Below are positions 49,323-61,321 of a stretch of 64,000 nucleotides of DNA, piece by piece. The stretch spans positions 310,001 through 374,000 of the forward strand of contig CDLV01000011.1 of the NCBI GenBank assembly GCA_001244265.2. Reading direction: 5' to 3'. The notes below the pieces were generated by a model. It was not told the DNA's origin. It did no database searches and saw nothing but the letters and a program-made list of their open reading frames with translations. The translations under genes were made by a program, and so were the position numbers. Numbering within the stretch: the stretch's first letter is position 1; each line of letters begins with the position of its first letter. Source of the stretch: Microbotryum violaceum (lineage: Eukaryota).

Positions 49323-50399
49323 TCATCCTTGTCGCGGTAGAGCGAGGTCTTCGGGTCCAAACGAGAGCGGCAGTAGCTAGAGGAAAGCAAGAAGAGGAGA
49401 CAGCGGGTGCATGTGACAGTTAGACAAATAGTGAAGCATCATGGTAGGTGAGGGCCGCACCTCGTCAAGCGTAGTCACAACTAGCACGCCCTTGTCTCCG
49501 TGTTCCTTCGCCTCTCGTGCGGTAACCGTCTTGGTCTGTTCGGAATAGTTAGCGGGAACGAGCAAGATGGGCATCTGACGACCCATTCACGAGCAGTGTT
49601 AGATGTCAGCGCAGACACCATGATCGACGAAGGCATGGAACCGCGCGTTCTCCTTCACCGTTGGCGCGGGTGTACGTGCGAAGACTCACATCCAAAGGAC
49701 AGAACTCTCGCAGCGTTTGACGGCATAGACCGCAGGGGCTGCACACTCCATTGAGGTCGCTGCGATGAGTCGGCCAGCGAGTGCCACGTCGTGAGTTGTG
49801 GCGTCAGAAGCAGCGACTCGAGTTCGACCCAATGCACGGCGAAGATTCCCTCGCCTCACCTTGCGATCGCCAGCCCTACAAAGCGACGGGTTGGGCTTTC
49901 GGTCTGGAGAAAAGTGACCGAGCTGCGGTCAGCCTGCGGCGAGGCCGTGAACCCACCCCGGGCGATAACAGGGCATCTCGGGTGTGACGACAGCATGAGA
50001 CTCACCACTGCTTTGACGATCGCCGTCCGTTCCGCACAAATGGTCACACCTGCAGTCTCACATATACCCGGTCAGGGCTATATCTCGAGTCGACTCCCGA
50101 CTGTCACCATGTGGCGTGCCGCTACAGCGGAGAACGATGCATGGGCAATAGAAGACCTACCGTATGAGGCGTTTTCAACATTAGCTCCTGTTGTATATTG
50201 CCCATCCTTCTGACCCAACAAACAGGCTCCGACCCGGAAAAGTGAGTAAGGAGAATAGGATCCGTCGCGGGCTGAAGGACAAGCGAGTGTGAAGGTCAGA
50301 TGTAGGACATCAAAAAGCAGGGGGGAGGGGCACACCTTGCAAGGCTTTGGTAATGATGTGACTTCTCTGCTCGGGTGAGAGCCCTGGTGTCGGAGACAT
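49323..50399 (-). CDS. CDD1: Cytidine deaminase (many small exons)
   Basis: YSPYSLFRVGA, GANVENASY, TICAERTAIVKAV, SPCGLCRQTLREF and LLPLSFGPEDL. Confidence 0.93.
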
Positions 50400-50863
50400 G
50401 TTTCAAGTTCAACTCGGAGTGGTGAATGGCGGTCGACAGAGGCCAAGAGCTTGGAGAAAACATGTGACTCGATGGTGCAAGGAAATCTTGAAATGCGACC
50501 GACCAGAGGAAGAACTTGGAAGTCCGCTGAGGTCTGAGGCAGCTAACCGCCAGACTCGTCTGCGACTTTTGTCGTGCAGCTGGAACGTTACTAGTTCTAC
50601 AAGTATTTGGTGACCCATGAACCACCTCCATCTCCCACTAGCCTTCACCCTCCTTCCGCCTCCACTTGACCTCTCTTAGATTCCCCGGGGCAAGTCACGT
50701 TCCTTTTGGTCTGCAGGTGACGAGGTATACTACAGACCACGTTTTCACTACCGAACGCCTAGTGGCTACCTTGATGGGTAAAAGGTGCGTTTCCGATTTT
50801 GCATTGATTCATACGTTTATCGTGAGCAGCACCGTTGGCCGTTCCACATTCACCGTCTAATGT

Positions 50864-52105
50864 TCAAACGTCTAGCGCCTTCATGTCGGCCAGGAGATCC
50901 CTGATCTCTATACACTGCATCTGTTTCCATTGCAATTGTGCATATCATGATACAGACAACATGGCCGCTTGCGATCGATACAAATCCAACTTGGCCGAGT
51001 CGTTCTCATCGGGCGCCCGCCCGGGTTCGTCTGGGTCGACCTGAATCGTACACGCCCGCGACCTCATGAGCTGGCGTTCCCGGGCCGCTGAAGGCAGGCG
51101 AGGCTACACCCGAGGCATTATGCGAAATGTGCGAGGGAAGTGCCGATGCACTGTTGAGTGAGTATGGATTTGGGGGAAAGGGTTGGGAGTAGACCGTCAA
51201 ATCCGGGCAAGCCTGATCAGGTTCTTCAACAAAAGATGGACGTTCTGACGAGACTGTTGCACATACAGGGCAGTACTTCGTTCAACCCCTGCATAGTACT
51301 CGGGAGTGCTTCGGTCGACATGGTATCTGATGTAAAGGGTTGCGAGCGAGCCGGTCAGCGTCGGAGGGTAGGGGCGGCATTCCGAGCTCAAGACGAAAAG
51401 CGCGGCGCGATGCACTCACTGGCATGTTGCGTAATCCCACTGAGGACCTCGCTGATGTCTGACCCAGCGCAGAAGCGAGTTCCATTGTGATGCACTCTTG
51501 GCCGCTCTGTGCATGGGCGAGTCTTCGAGCTCGTCCGAGGTGGCGTTGAAATCGGGTTCGAGTGGAAACGATGGCGCCGGGCCTGATGATGTGGTCGGCA
51601 GGGGCAGTTCGCTCGATGCTCGTCGCTTCAATGACGATGTCGTCGGCGCCCCTCCATCCGAGTTCTCGGCCGTAGCTGCAGGGGTAGAAGGGATCGGGGA
51701 TAGGGTGGATCCCGTAAAGATGTCCGAGTGGGCCTCGAGTAGGTCGATCTTGGGCCGAAACAGCTCCTCCTGGCGCGGTGGGTGGGGCTCCAACTCGTGG
51801 ACAATGCCAGGCGCCGTTGCGGACTCTCCAGGGTAGGCCGGAAGGAGGGGCTCGGACGAGATTGGAGCGGTGTCGAGGCCAAAGTCGAGGGTGTGGTCTT
51901 GGTTGTGGTTCAGGTCGTCATCTTCCCCGGCATCATGCTCGTCATGGTCTTCGAATGGCTCCGCGCGCGGGATCAAAGTTGAGGCATTGACCTGGGCGGA
52001 CGCGGCAGAGGCAAGGTCATGCAATGGGATTGAGAAGTCGAGCGCCTCGTCCGTGGCGCCCGAGAAGGGTGAGGGAACGTCGGTGTCGAGGAATCTTTCG
52101 GTCAT
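50864..52105 (-). CDS. Hypothetical protein (multi-exon; boundaries approximate)
   Basis: Long acidic/Pro-rich ORF 51416-52294 ending at a GT donor, followed by further exon-like segments (YHVDRSTPEYYAG). No family recognised. Confidence 0.45.
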
Positions 52106-52516
52106 GCTGCCTAGAGCAGAGCGGAGGCCCTCCGCGGCTATGAGAACGGGCGTGTCTGTGGTGAGCGCAAGGGAGGAATCACAGGCGCGAGCGAGCAGGG
52201 AAGAGGCAGGCCATGGGCCAGCGAAGGCCAGCAAGTAGCAGCAAATAGCCAGCAAATGGACTGCTGTGGACTGCGCGAAACTGCGCTTGGCCATTAGCGG
52301 CCGAGAGGCCGGCGAGATCGTCTAGGCTTTGCCGGTGCTTTGCCAGTCCACACTCGTCAAGACTTGTCCAAACCTGACCCTCCTCTGCCACTGCTCTTGC
52401 AGGCTTGCAGTTGACCGGCTTAGCAGATAGTACCACGCACTGCTCGTCGTCACCGCACTCGCCTCGGAACATTTACCGACTCGGACGCACCAACAACGCA
52501 TTCGTTGTCTCACGTC

Positions 52517-54950
52517 ATGAGCGACCTCGACGACGAGTTGCTCGGCTTAGCCGAGGGCACATCCAGCGGCAGGCGCAAGACCGCCCCTGCTAAGCGCAGG
52601 AGAGCCCCTGTACCTCAAGCAGAGTGAGTGCATCGGTCGTCGCCTCACCATGTCTTCCCGGGACACCACTGTTCCCGTAGTGCGGCCCGGCTAATCGCGT
52701 TGGATTGGCCTGGCTTCGGCGTACCGGCTGTCTGCCCCCCTGCAGGGACTCGGCCTCGGACATGGACATGTCGAGCGCGTCCGACACTGAACCCAATTCC
52801 AGCATCAAGGCCGCTCGTAATCTGAGGCCTCGCCATCGCCGGCGAAGTGACGACGGTGAAGCTGGCGACAGTGCCGGTGGCCCGCAGATCGACGATCGCG
52901 ATCCACGCGACAAGTACCGTCTCGAAGGCAAATACATCGATCACCATGACCGTGCCAGGCAAGTTATATCACAAAGCCCTGCTCTTCGGTCGTCGCGTCG
53001 TCTCGTGCGTCTCTGACCGAGTCAAGCGACCCGCTCTCACCATAGAATCGAAGCGATGAACGAACTGGACCGTGAAGCCATACTCGGCGAACGCCAAGAT
53101 GAGATCAACATTTACACCGAACGGTTGCAGCTGCGCCAAATGGTCCAGCGTAAGGAGAAGAAGGATCTGCAAGGTGGAGTAGACGAATCCGATGAGGACG
53201 ACGAGTACGATATGCGACCCACTCGCGACAGAAAAATGACAGGAACCACCCGGGAGAAGCGCGACGGCCTCGCGAAACTGCGCAAAAGTCGGGAAGGCAA
53301 GGCCCAAAAGCGAGAGCAGAAGGTATGACGGCTGCACAAAGTTTTTTACTCTGCTCCTCTGCCCGGAATCATCTGGCTAACTGAACTTAACCGCACCGGG
53401 CAGCATCGTGCGCGTGACCACGATTACGACGACGAGGACAACGAGGGCGAACAACGCAGAACCCGGAGCCGGAAACCCACTGCATCGTCGGATGCATACA
53501 CGGATAGTGAATCCGAGATGGAGCGCCGCTCTTCGGAATTGACAGCTGCTAAAGCCGGGCTGGGCCGTACCACACGAAAAGAAGATGTTGCGACGGAAAG
53601 CGAGCTCGGCTCGGTGTTGGTTCCCCGTTCCAAACTGGCCGCATTCTGCAATGCACCGTGGTTCGGTGAATGGATCAAAGGTGAGTTTGATCATCCGAAA
53701 TGGCCTCCTGTCATATACTGAACAGTGTGGGGGGGAGGGTCACGACTCTCAGACGCATGGGTCCGTCTTGGCGTGGGACTAGGCCCTGACCGCTTGCCCC
53801 AGTATCGACTCTGTCGTGTTTCAAGTAAGATCCAACTTGTTTACATGGCTGCAGCTTTTTTTTTTGGCTCACGCAAGGCATTTTCTTCCCCTTGCCCGTG
53901 GTGCGCCTGACAGGTGTGCGTGAGGGGACGCAATCTTACAGATTGGAACAAACGACGACGAATACAGAGCTTGAGTTGTGCCATGGCAACAGCGTCCGGT
54001 TCTTTCAAATGCATGTCATCTCCGATTCACCTATGGTCTCAGTATGTCGCTGGTTGTCGAGCTCACCGCTCGACTTGTTCTCGCTTCGTCTTTTACTTGT
54101 GCTCATCCGGTATCTATCTTCGGCGCTGTCCAGAGAGAATTTTCACGCCTTCAACGCCAACTGTTGACGGACCAGATCCCTCTCCCTTCCCAAAAGGATG
54201 TCAATAGAATTCGCAAGAAACTTGACGAGCACAATGACTACGTCATGACCGAAGTGAGTTCTAGATTTCCAAGAGTCTGGTGCGCCTGCCATGGCGCTGA
54301 CGAAGTCACTAACTTCTGACATGTAGGCGGATGTGGCAGCCGTTCTAGCGAAGAAGGGTGCTCGCGTCAATGCTGCCGCCGGTAAAGCTCGGCTTCTCAT
54401 CCAACGAGATTTTGCTCGGCAAGCAGGTGACGATAGATTGCTTGCCGAAGTCTCGGCTCAACTCGCGACTTTCGATGCGCCAGCCCCTTCGCCGGGCCCT
54501 GTGGGCTCGGAACACGAGTCAGAACAAGACCGCATGAAAAGGTTGAACGAGCGCAATCGAGCGAATAATCGCGAAGATATCAAAAAAGCTGAAGGGCGTG
54601 CGCAAGAGGAACGACGGCGACAGGCCGTAGCGCTGGCTCGCGGCGACAGCTCAGTGAAGGTCGACCCGAGTGCCCGGGTCAAAACCATGACGCGACTGAC
54701 CTACGATCGGTAAGGACGGTCGCCCGGCCTTGGAGATGAAGAGGAGTCTCAGCTGATTGGATCCGGAGTATTTCTTCCCACCCTGAATAGAGACACCCTG
54801 GGTCGAGCCACGGGTTTCGCGGACCAAAGCAATCCGCACACGCCGACCAAAACTAGCGCCAAGCCATCGAGTCAATCGGCCACTTCTGGCCAAAAGTTCG
54901 AACAGCTCGCCGCAAGTCGTATTCACGTTGATGTCGATCTCGATTTCTGA
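52517..54950 (+). CDS. RTF1: Paf1 complex subunit Rtf1 (Plus3 domain)
   Basis: MSDLDDELLGLA, YRLEGKYID..MNELDREAILGER, Plus3 PWFGEWIK/AWVRLGVG and LNERNRANN..DPSARVKT. Confidence 0.9.
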
Positions 54951-55015
54951 ATGCCATGTCTCTAGTAGCTAGCAACTAGCAGCACAGCTATTTCGATGAA
55001 AAATCCTGAGCACTG

Positions 55016-56143
55016 CTAGAGCGGCGATCCAACCTCTTTTGCCAAGGCCCTCCCGATCCTGTCGGCGAAGCGGATGGGTTCGGGTATGCGAGCCTCCCTA
55101 CAGGTGGCCAAGCTTAAAGCTACAGCCGAACGAAGCGAAATCTTGTGACCCGCGCTGACGAAGATGGGCCGAGTGCTTGTCAGTACGGGCGAGGAAAGAA
55201 CCGCAGCCCCAACCAATTCCCCTTCGATCGGTATACCTAACCAGTCGCCTCGACGTTTGAGGGCTTGGTGGCAATACGACTTCATTGCTTTTTGAGAGCC
55301 CAATATAGCCGGAAAATTCGAAATAGAATGGTATTCTTTGGCTGTCCTTGAGCAGCGCTAGTCTCTTGGTTAGGATTGGACCCGCATGCATTAAATCGCG
55401 TGACACACAGCCCGATGCACTGACCGACTCCGATGACCGGGACGCCACTCAACACGCCAACGCTGACCGCACTTCCAGCCTAATTGACGGAAATATCAGC
55501 CAAGGCCCCATTCAAGCTCAATCTGGTGCAAGTCCAGTCCTCGAACGCTCACCTGCCGCGGATGCAATCGTCCATTGCCGTCGACGAAAACGACTTGAGG
55601 ACAGAGGCCGCTGCCTTTCGTCCGGTCCAACAAGCGGACGTAAGAGGGAGCTTCCCGCATTCCCAAGTACCCTGGAACATAAGGTACGGGAAATGTAACA
55701 TGCTCTGATTCGGAATGGAGCAGCTGCATGTCGGGGAAACTGAGGACTGCCAGAACGACGACGCCCGTGTTCGAGTTTGTTTGGCCGGGCGGAAACGAAA
55801 TGTCCAAGCCTCCGACAAATCGAAGGGTATGCCCCAATATGGTTATCGTCAAGGGATCGATTCTTTCGCATGGCATTTGTTCGTTAATTGTGGGTTGCTT
55901 GTTTGAGATAGCCTGGATGATGAAATCAAGGTCGTCGTCGAATGTGGCCATGTTAACGTGCACTTGCTGTTCGCTGCACGAAAGTAGAGACTTGGCAGCC
56001 GATGAGTACCAAATTTAAGAGTCTTGATGTGAATATTGATTCCTCACGAACGCTTGCCAGGCTTGCAGCAGCCGGGATAGCTCACTAAGATGCTGTTGGT
56101 CGAGCGCCGTGGCCTCTAGTACTGGCCTGAGAGGGCTCGACAT
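55016..56143 (-). CDS. Endonuclease V
   Basis: VGGLDISF, PYVPGYLGMREAP, VFVDGNGRLHPR and PIFVSAGHKISL..RIPEPIRFAD. Confidence 0.93.
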
Positions 56144-56683
56144 GATACCGTCAGCGATGGAGTATACAGGATGTCGATTGGCCTGCGATGGGATTTTGGG
56201 AAGCAAGATAAGGTAGACCAAGGGCTCCGACTGGGGACGAAGACACCGCGGCTCTCGCGTCGAGGCCGAGAGAGGTAGGCAGAGGCTGGCAGAGGTAGGC
56301 GGTCACGGTCAGAGTATGCGGTATTATACGTGGGGCCCCGCCTGGCCCCGCCACTCTCCGCCGCTCTCCGCCTCTCTCCGTCACTTCCCACGAGTTCCGT
56401 GCCTCGATTTCCCACTCGCTTATCCTCTGGTTTGGTGTACTGCCGACTGCAGGCGGTCTTGCATTGTTGCAAAGTCCAACTGTAGAGATAGCTAGTATGG
56501 CTGAAATCCAGCTGGCATAGACTTAGCCTCATGTCGGTCTGGCCGGGCTCAGACACGCTGCACAGCACAATCCTTCAAAGTCAATCTTGATAGACATTTC
56601 ATGCGCACAACATAATGATACATTTACAAAAACAGGTCAATTTCAATGAGCACCACCTCTTCGAGCCTACCTGATCGCCTGTG

Positions 56684-59144
56684 TTAGACTTCGAAAACCG
56701 GCTGAACAATTTCTTCGGCTCCTTGCCTTTTCCTTGCCGTTACGTTCAGACCTTCGTCATCCCCGTTAGCTGCGTCGGTGTCAGAGCCAGTTGAACCTTG
56801 CTGTAGAACCGTGCCAGATGGCCCCGCTTCGGGCGCGGGAAGCAAAGCCATGTCCAGGCTAGCGACGGTAGTGCGGAAGCGGGGGAAGTGCGAATCCGCA
56901 CGCTCGGCCAGAGTCGACAGGAAAGTTGAGTTTGGCGGCGTGGCGGCGTTCATCAAACTTGCGTAAATGGCGTCGTTGTCACTAGTCGCTGCGGTTTCGA
57001 TAGGCAGTGGCTCGGAGATGTTCGAGCCCGGCGGCCTGGTCCCGACAGATACGGCAGATAAATCCGTGGTGGGTTTAGTGATGATGGCGTTCGGGGCGGA
57101 TGTGGCGCTATCGGACTCGAGTGGGATCATGTCGACATCTCCGAAAGGGACTGTGGTGGCATCCGGCGTCACACTCGGTCCGTCTTGAGCAGCGGATAGC
57201 TCAGTGTGGACAGACATGGAAAGATTCATTGGCGGAGAGCGGTCAGCGATGTCGCATTCAGGCGCTTCGTCGACCACAGCTGGCAGGTCGGCGAGACCTG
57301 GTACTGCAATGTCTGGCTCAGGTGGATCAATCTCGACGTCGGCCTCGAGGTCGGCATACGTTCGGCAAAGCGGGCAGGAAAATCCAGGATAATTTTGAAG
57401 CACGAGAGGTCGAATGCATTTGTAATGCTGCATCGGAACACGGTCAAGGTAAGTCGCTATGCAGGGTCGTGCCACTCGTCATCTGAAGAGACCCACCGTA
57501 ACGTGCGAGCAAGGAGCGATGAACAGAGCTTGGCAGACGGTGACAGGATAGAGACCTGGTCGAGGGTTGAACAAAATGAGTTATCATAGGCACGGCTTCT
57601 CAGGATAACCGGACTCACAGATGCAGCAATCCGTCACGCTCGAAGACACAGCAATGTTGGGAGGCGTGGAAGTAGACGAGGTTTTCGCGACGGTCGCGGG
57701 CGTGTCCGTTAGTGCAGAACCCCCGCCGAGAGCACGAAGTTGCGCCAAAGCTGCGGTGCTACAGAGTCATAAAGCCGTGGACGTCAGTACCAGTGCCGTG
57801 CGCCGCCAACTCCTCTGCGTGATGGTTGTCCTTAATCAGGACCGCTCACTTGAACGAGTTGACGCCCCTCTGCCACCCTCGATTCAGCTCGACCTTCATC
57901 TTAACACATCTGTAGATCTCCTCCGCACCGCCCTGATAATCCACACCAAGTTGGAGAATATCTCCGTCCTTGATGCCGTATGGTCGAGATTCCGTGTTCG
58001 GGCTGCTGAGCCTAATGTGATTGAGGAATGTACCCGAGCTCGATTTGGTGTCCTTAATGAAAAATTTACCCTTCGCATCACACCAAACCTCGGCATGTCC
58101 CCGCGATACCACCTTTGACTTGAACGTGATGCGCAACTGGTCTGTCGTGTTGATGTGATTGGCCCGGTCGGTAAAGCGACCAACGCGGAGGACTGTAAAG
58201 GGGGCGAGCTCCCGGTCGACAGCCTCGAAATGCAACGAGCGCGACGTTTCCAAATGTGGAACTAAACGCAGTCGATAAGTTGGGGCAGGTTTATCGGGCA
58301 CAGGGATCGACGCTACGGCAGTCGCCCTCGGAGCGGAAGCAACCGTCGAACCTACTGTGCGTGAAGCTGGTTGCACGGTGCCCGGTGACGAACTTGAGGT
58401 TGTAAGAACGTCGGTTTCAGTTGCTGTGCGCGGCCGACTACGACCGTGGGATTGCGCCACGGCATCCCGTGCTTCGATCGCTGCGGGCAGCTGTGGCTGC
58501 GACGAACTACGTCGAGCACGAGTTCTGGCACCTTCGGATGAGCCCGAGACCAAGGCTGCAGCGCCAGCTTGATTCGCTTGGGCCACAGCTGCTCGCTTCG
58601 AAAGGGACCGCCTTAGAGCAGGGAAGCCATACCCCATCCGTTCTGAAGCGCCCGGCGAAGAAGGTGGTAGCTCGCTCGAAGGAGAACCCGAGCCGCCGCC
58701 GCCAACCGGGGATCGCGTAACCGAGCCTAGGCCGGGCATTGAGGGGTTCGTGAACCCTCGAGGGCGTCTCCCCATAAAGCCGAGCGCCAGTCCAAATCGA
58801 TTCGTGGACGAGGAAGACGCCGATGGCGAGCTGGGCACCATGGTGGATGCGGCCATCGGAGCAGCAAGCGGGATTGTAGGTGCACCGCCGGACGTTCTTG
58901 TCGATGACGCGGGTCGAGCGCGGTGTGCGTCGGAAGGCGAAGCAGCCTCGTTCACCTCTGTCGCGGGTTGCATCGCCGCTGGTGAGTGTGGCCGAGAGAG
59001 TAAAGGTTCGGCTGGTATATCGTCCACAGCCGGCGCCGCCGAAGCCCTGGGCTCGGTCGAGGGTGCAGCTGCAGAGCTCGACGATGCCGACTCCGCAAGA
59101 GCGACGGCGGCATTCGCAGCGTCGACGTGGCCTGGGGCAGCCAT
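56684..59144 (-). CDS. DMA1: FHA + RING E3 ubiquitin ligase (Dma1/Chf-like)
   Basis: FHA motifs VGRF, FKSKVVSRGHA, DTKSSSGTFLN and LQLGVDYQGG. RING pieces DCCIC, ALFIAPCSH and CPLCR. Confidence 0.92.
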
Positions 59145-59788
59145 GAAGGTAAATCAAAAGGAGCTGGCTCAAGAGCAGCTGCGAGAGAGGCAATGGCTAC
59201 CGGCTTGAGCCCTGGCCCGACCTCAAGAGTGTGCAGCAGACCGATGCCGCCGGGTCGTATCTTCAAATTGGAAGACACAGACGAAACGACGCTTGCACTG
59301 GCGTGGCTTCGGCACGCCCGTGAGGTGTGTTCGGTGGCGGACCAAAGGATAGTGTTGTGTTGTCGTCTCGGTTACCGCGGTGTCGGATCAGAAGAGCAAA
59401 GGGCCTAGCCTGCAAGTGGCGCACGTATGTACAATTGAGCGGCCAACTTGGCAGAACTTGGCACGCGCGGCTCTGTCTGGCTCTGTGCTGCCATCTGCTG
59501 CCCTAAGGTAGCGGCGACCCAGCCCGACCTCGGCTGTTTTATGCTCGGACCTTCCGATCGGGCGGCGCGGCGAGTTCAGCTATCACATGTTACTCTGACT
59601 GCTCGTAACGATCGTCAACAAGGCGCGCAACTCCATACTGCGCGTGCATTGAAAGTGCGGGGCATGCATTGCTAGCTTAGAACAGACACAACGAAGCACG
59701 ACCGAGCCGGTCCAATCCCAAGTCCCAAACGCATCAACAAAGACACGACGCCGGATTTGGCCGGCTTGATAGATGGAAACGGTGTTGA

Positions 59789-60787
59789 TCACCGCCTGTT
59801 GGTCGGATCGAGAGGTAGGGTCGCAATTGACCTCGTCAGCGAGGATCGTCTGCGTGAGATCGGCATGCGCACAGCAGACTGACAATTTCTTGCTCTCGAA
59901 AAAATGTCGCAGGTGGCGGACTTGCCATATGCAGGTCGCAAGCAACACGATTAGCTGCAACACGCTCCACCACACCGCCCTTGAGTTGGTGGTTTCGCTC
60001 AGAACGCGGAACTCGGCTTCTCGCTCGCGTTGAAACTGCTGTTCTCTTCGAATGTCGGCGAGGCGATGATTCAGATCCTTCACCTTGCCTGCAAGGTCCT
60101 TGACGTGTTCCCTCTCGCCTTCTTCGTCGACCTTGGCTTCGCCTACGGCGATGTCGAGATGCATTCGCACCTGGGGCGTTGAGAACCAGCCGCCTGTATA
60201 ATTGGATCTCAGGCAAATGGTGTGGTCGCCAGCTTCGTGCGAGGTGAAGGTGAATTTGCCTTGAGGTAAGCCGCGCGTATTGACGACCTTGTCGCCTGAT
60301 TCAACCTCCTGAGAAATCCCGTTACGGTCAGTCAGCCGCCCGGCCACCGCCTGAGTTGGTCAGCACGCTTTCCCCAAGCTCGTGAAACGGCGAGAAGCGA
60401 CAGTGCGCGCTTCTCGAGACCACGTCATCTCACATCCTGACCGCAACGCCGGGCCGGGGAGAGCGCGGCAGACTCACCGAGACGACGATTTGGATGCCCA
60501 GTTGGTCGTTGACGATGTAGCTTTTTGTTGTGTCCTGCCATTCCTCGGCTTTGTAATGGCCTGAATAAGACTGCAAATGAATCAGCGTCCTCGCGTCGAT
60601 TCGAACGAGCACAGGACGCGAGCAGCGTCGGCGAGCTCGACGGTCCATTCTACGCACCGACGACAATAGTGTCCTTGGGTAGCTCCTCGAGGAAACAGCG
60701 GTTCTGGCCCGCTTCAAGATAGAAATACAGCGCTTGACTGGATTGCACCCATGCCAGTGCGGCGAAGAGGGCCACGGTCCACTTCAT
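59789..60787 (-). CDS. p24/emp24-gp25L family cargo receptor (alpha/Erp1-like)
   Basis: Signal peptide, ALYFYL..RCFLEELPK, GKFTFTSHEAGDHTIC, REAEFR..SETTNSR, TM helix and FFESKKL tail. Confidence 0.93.
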
Positions 60788-61321
60788 GCGGGGGAGGGCG
60801 AGCAACCGGTCGTGCGGGAGATGAAGGACGGACGAGGTGGGGACGGCTCGGTGGATAAGTCGGTGCAGCCAATCAGCCGTTGGCAGCGTCAGGTCTGAAT
60901 GGGCGGAGGCGCGAAGTAAATGAAGCAGGCTGAAAGTTTTGGCGTGACGGTCAACGCACGAACGTCGGAACTCCTGCACAACGCGATACCACGCGAACTG
61001 GCGCGTGAGGGAGCAAGCCGTCCAGCGCCTTCCAGCAGCTTCCAGCGCCATTCAGCGCGAGCCAGCGCGACTCCAGCGCGTGCCTGCGAGTTGCTTGCGC
61101 AAGAGCCTGCGCCGTTGTCCTTTCGGTGTTCCAAGCTGAATAGGGTTGGGCCTCCTGCGCCTGCCTGCGCTTGCGCGTACGAGATCCGAACGTCACGCGT
61201 CAAGCGTCAAGCCTCCGGCCTCAAGCCTCAGCGCCTCAGCGGCCTCAGCGCCTCAGCGACTCGGCTCTAGCGCCGCTAGGTAGACCTCAGCATCCGGCCA
61301 TACTCCTTCCGACCGGCGACG

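Noticed and set aside
49323-56143. Functional cluster of deamination/RNA-modification genes (CDD1, endonuclease V, with PUS1 and tRNA-Leu(AAG))
   Set aside because: The genes are interspersed with unrelated housekeeping genes, with no evidence beyond coincidence.
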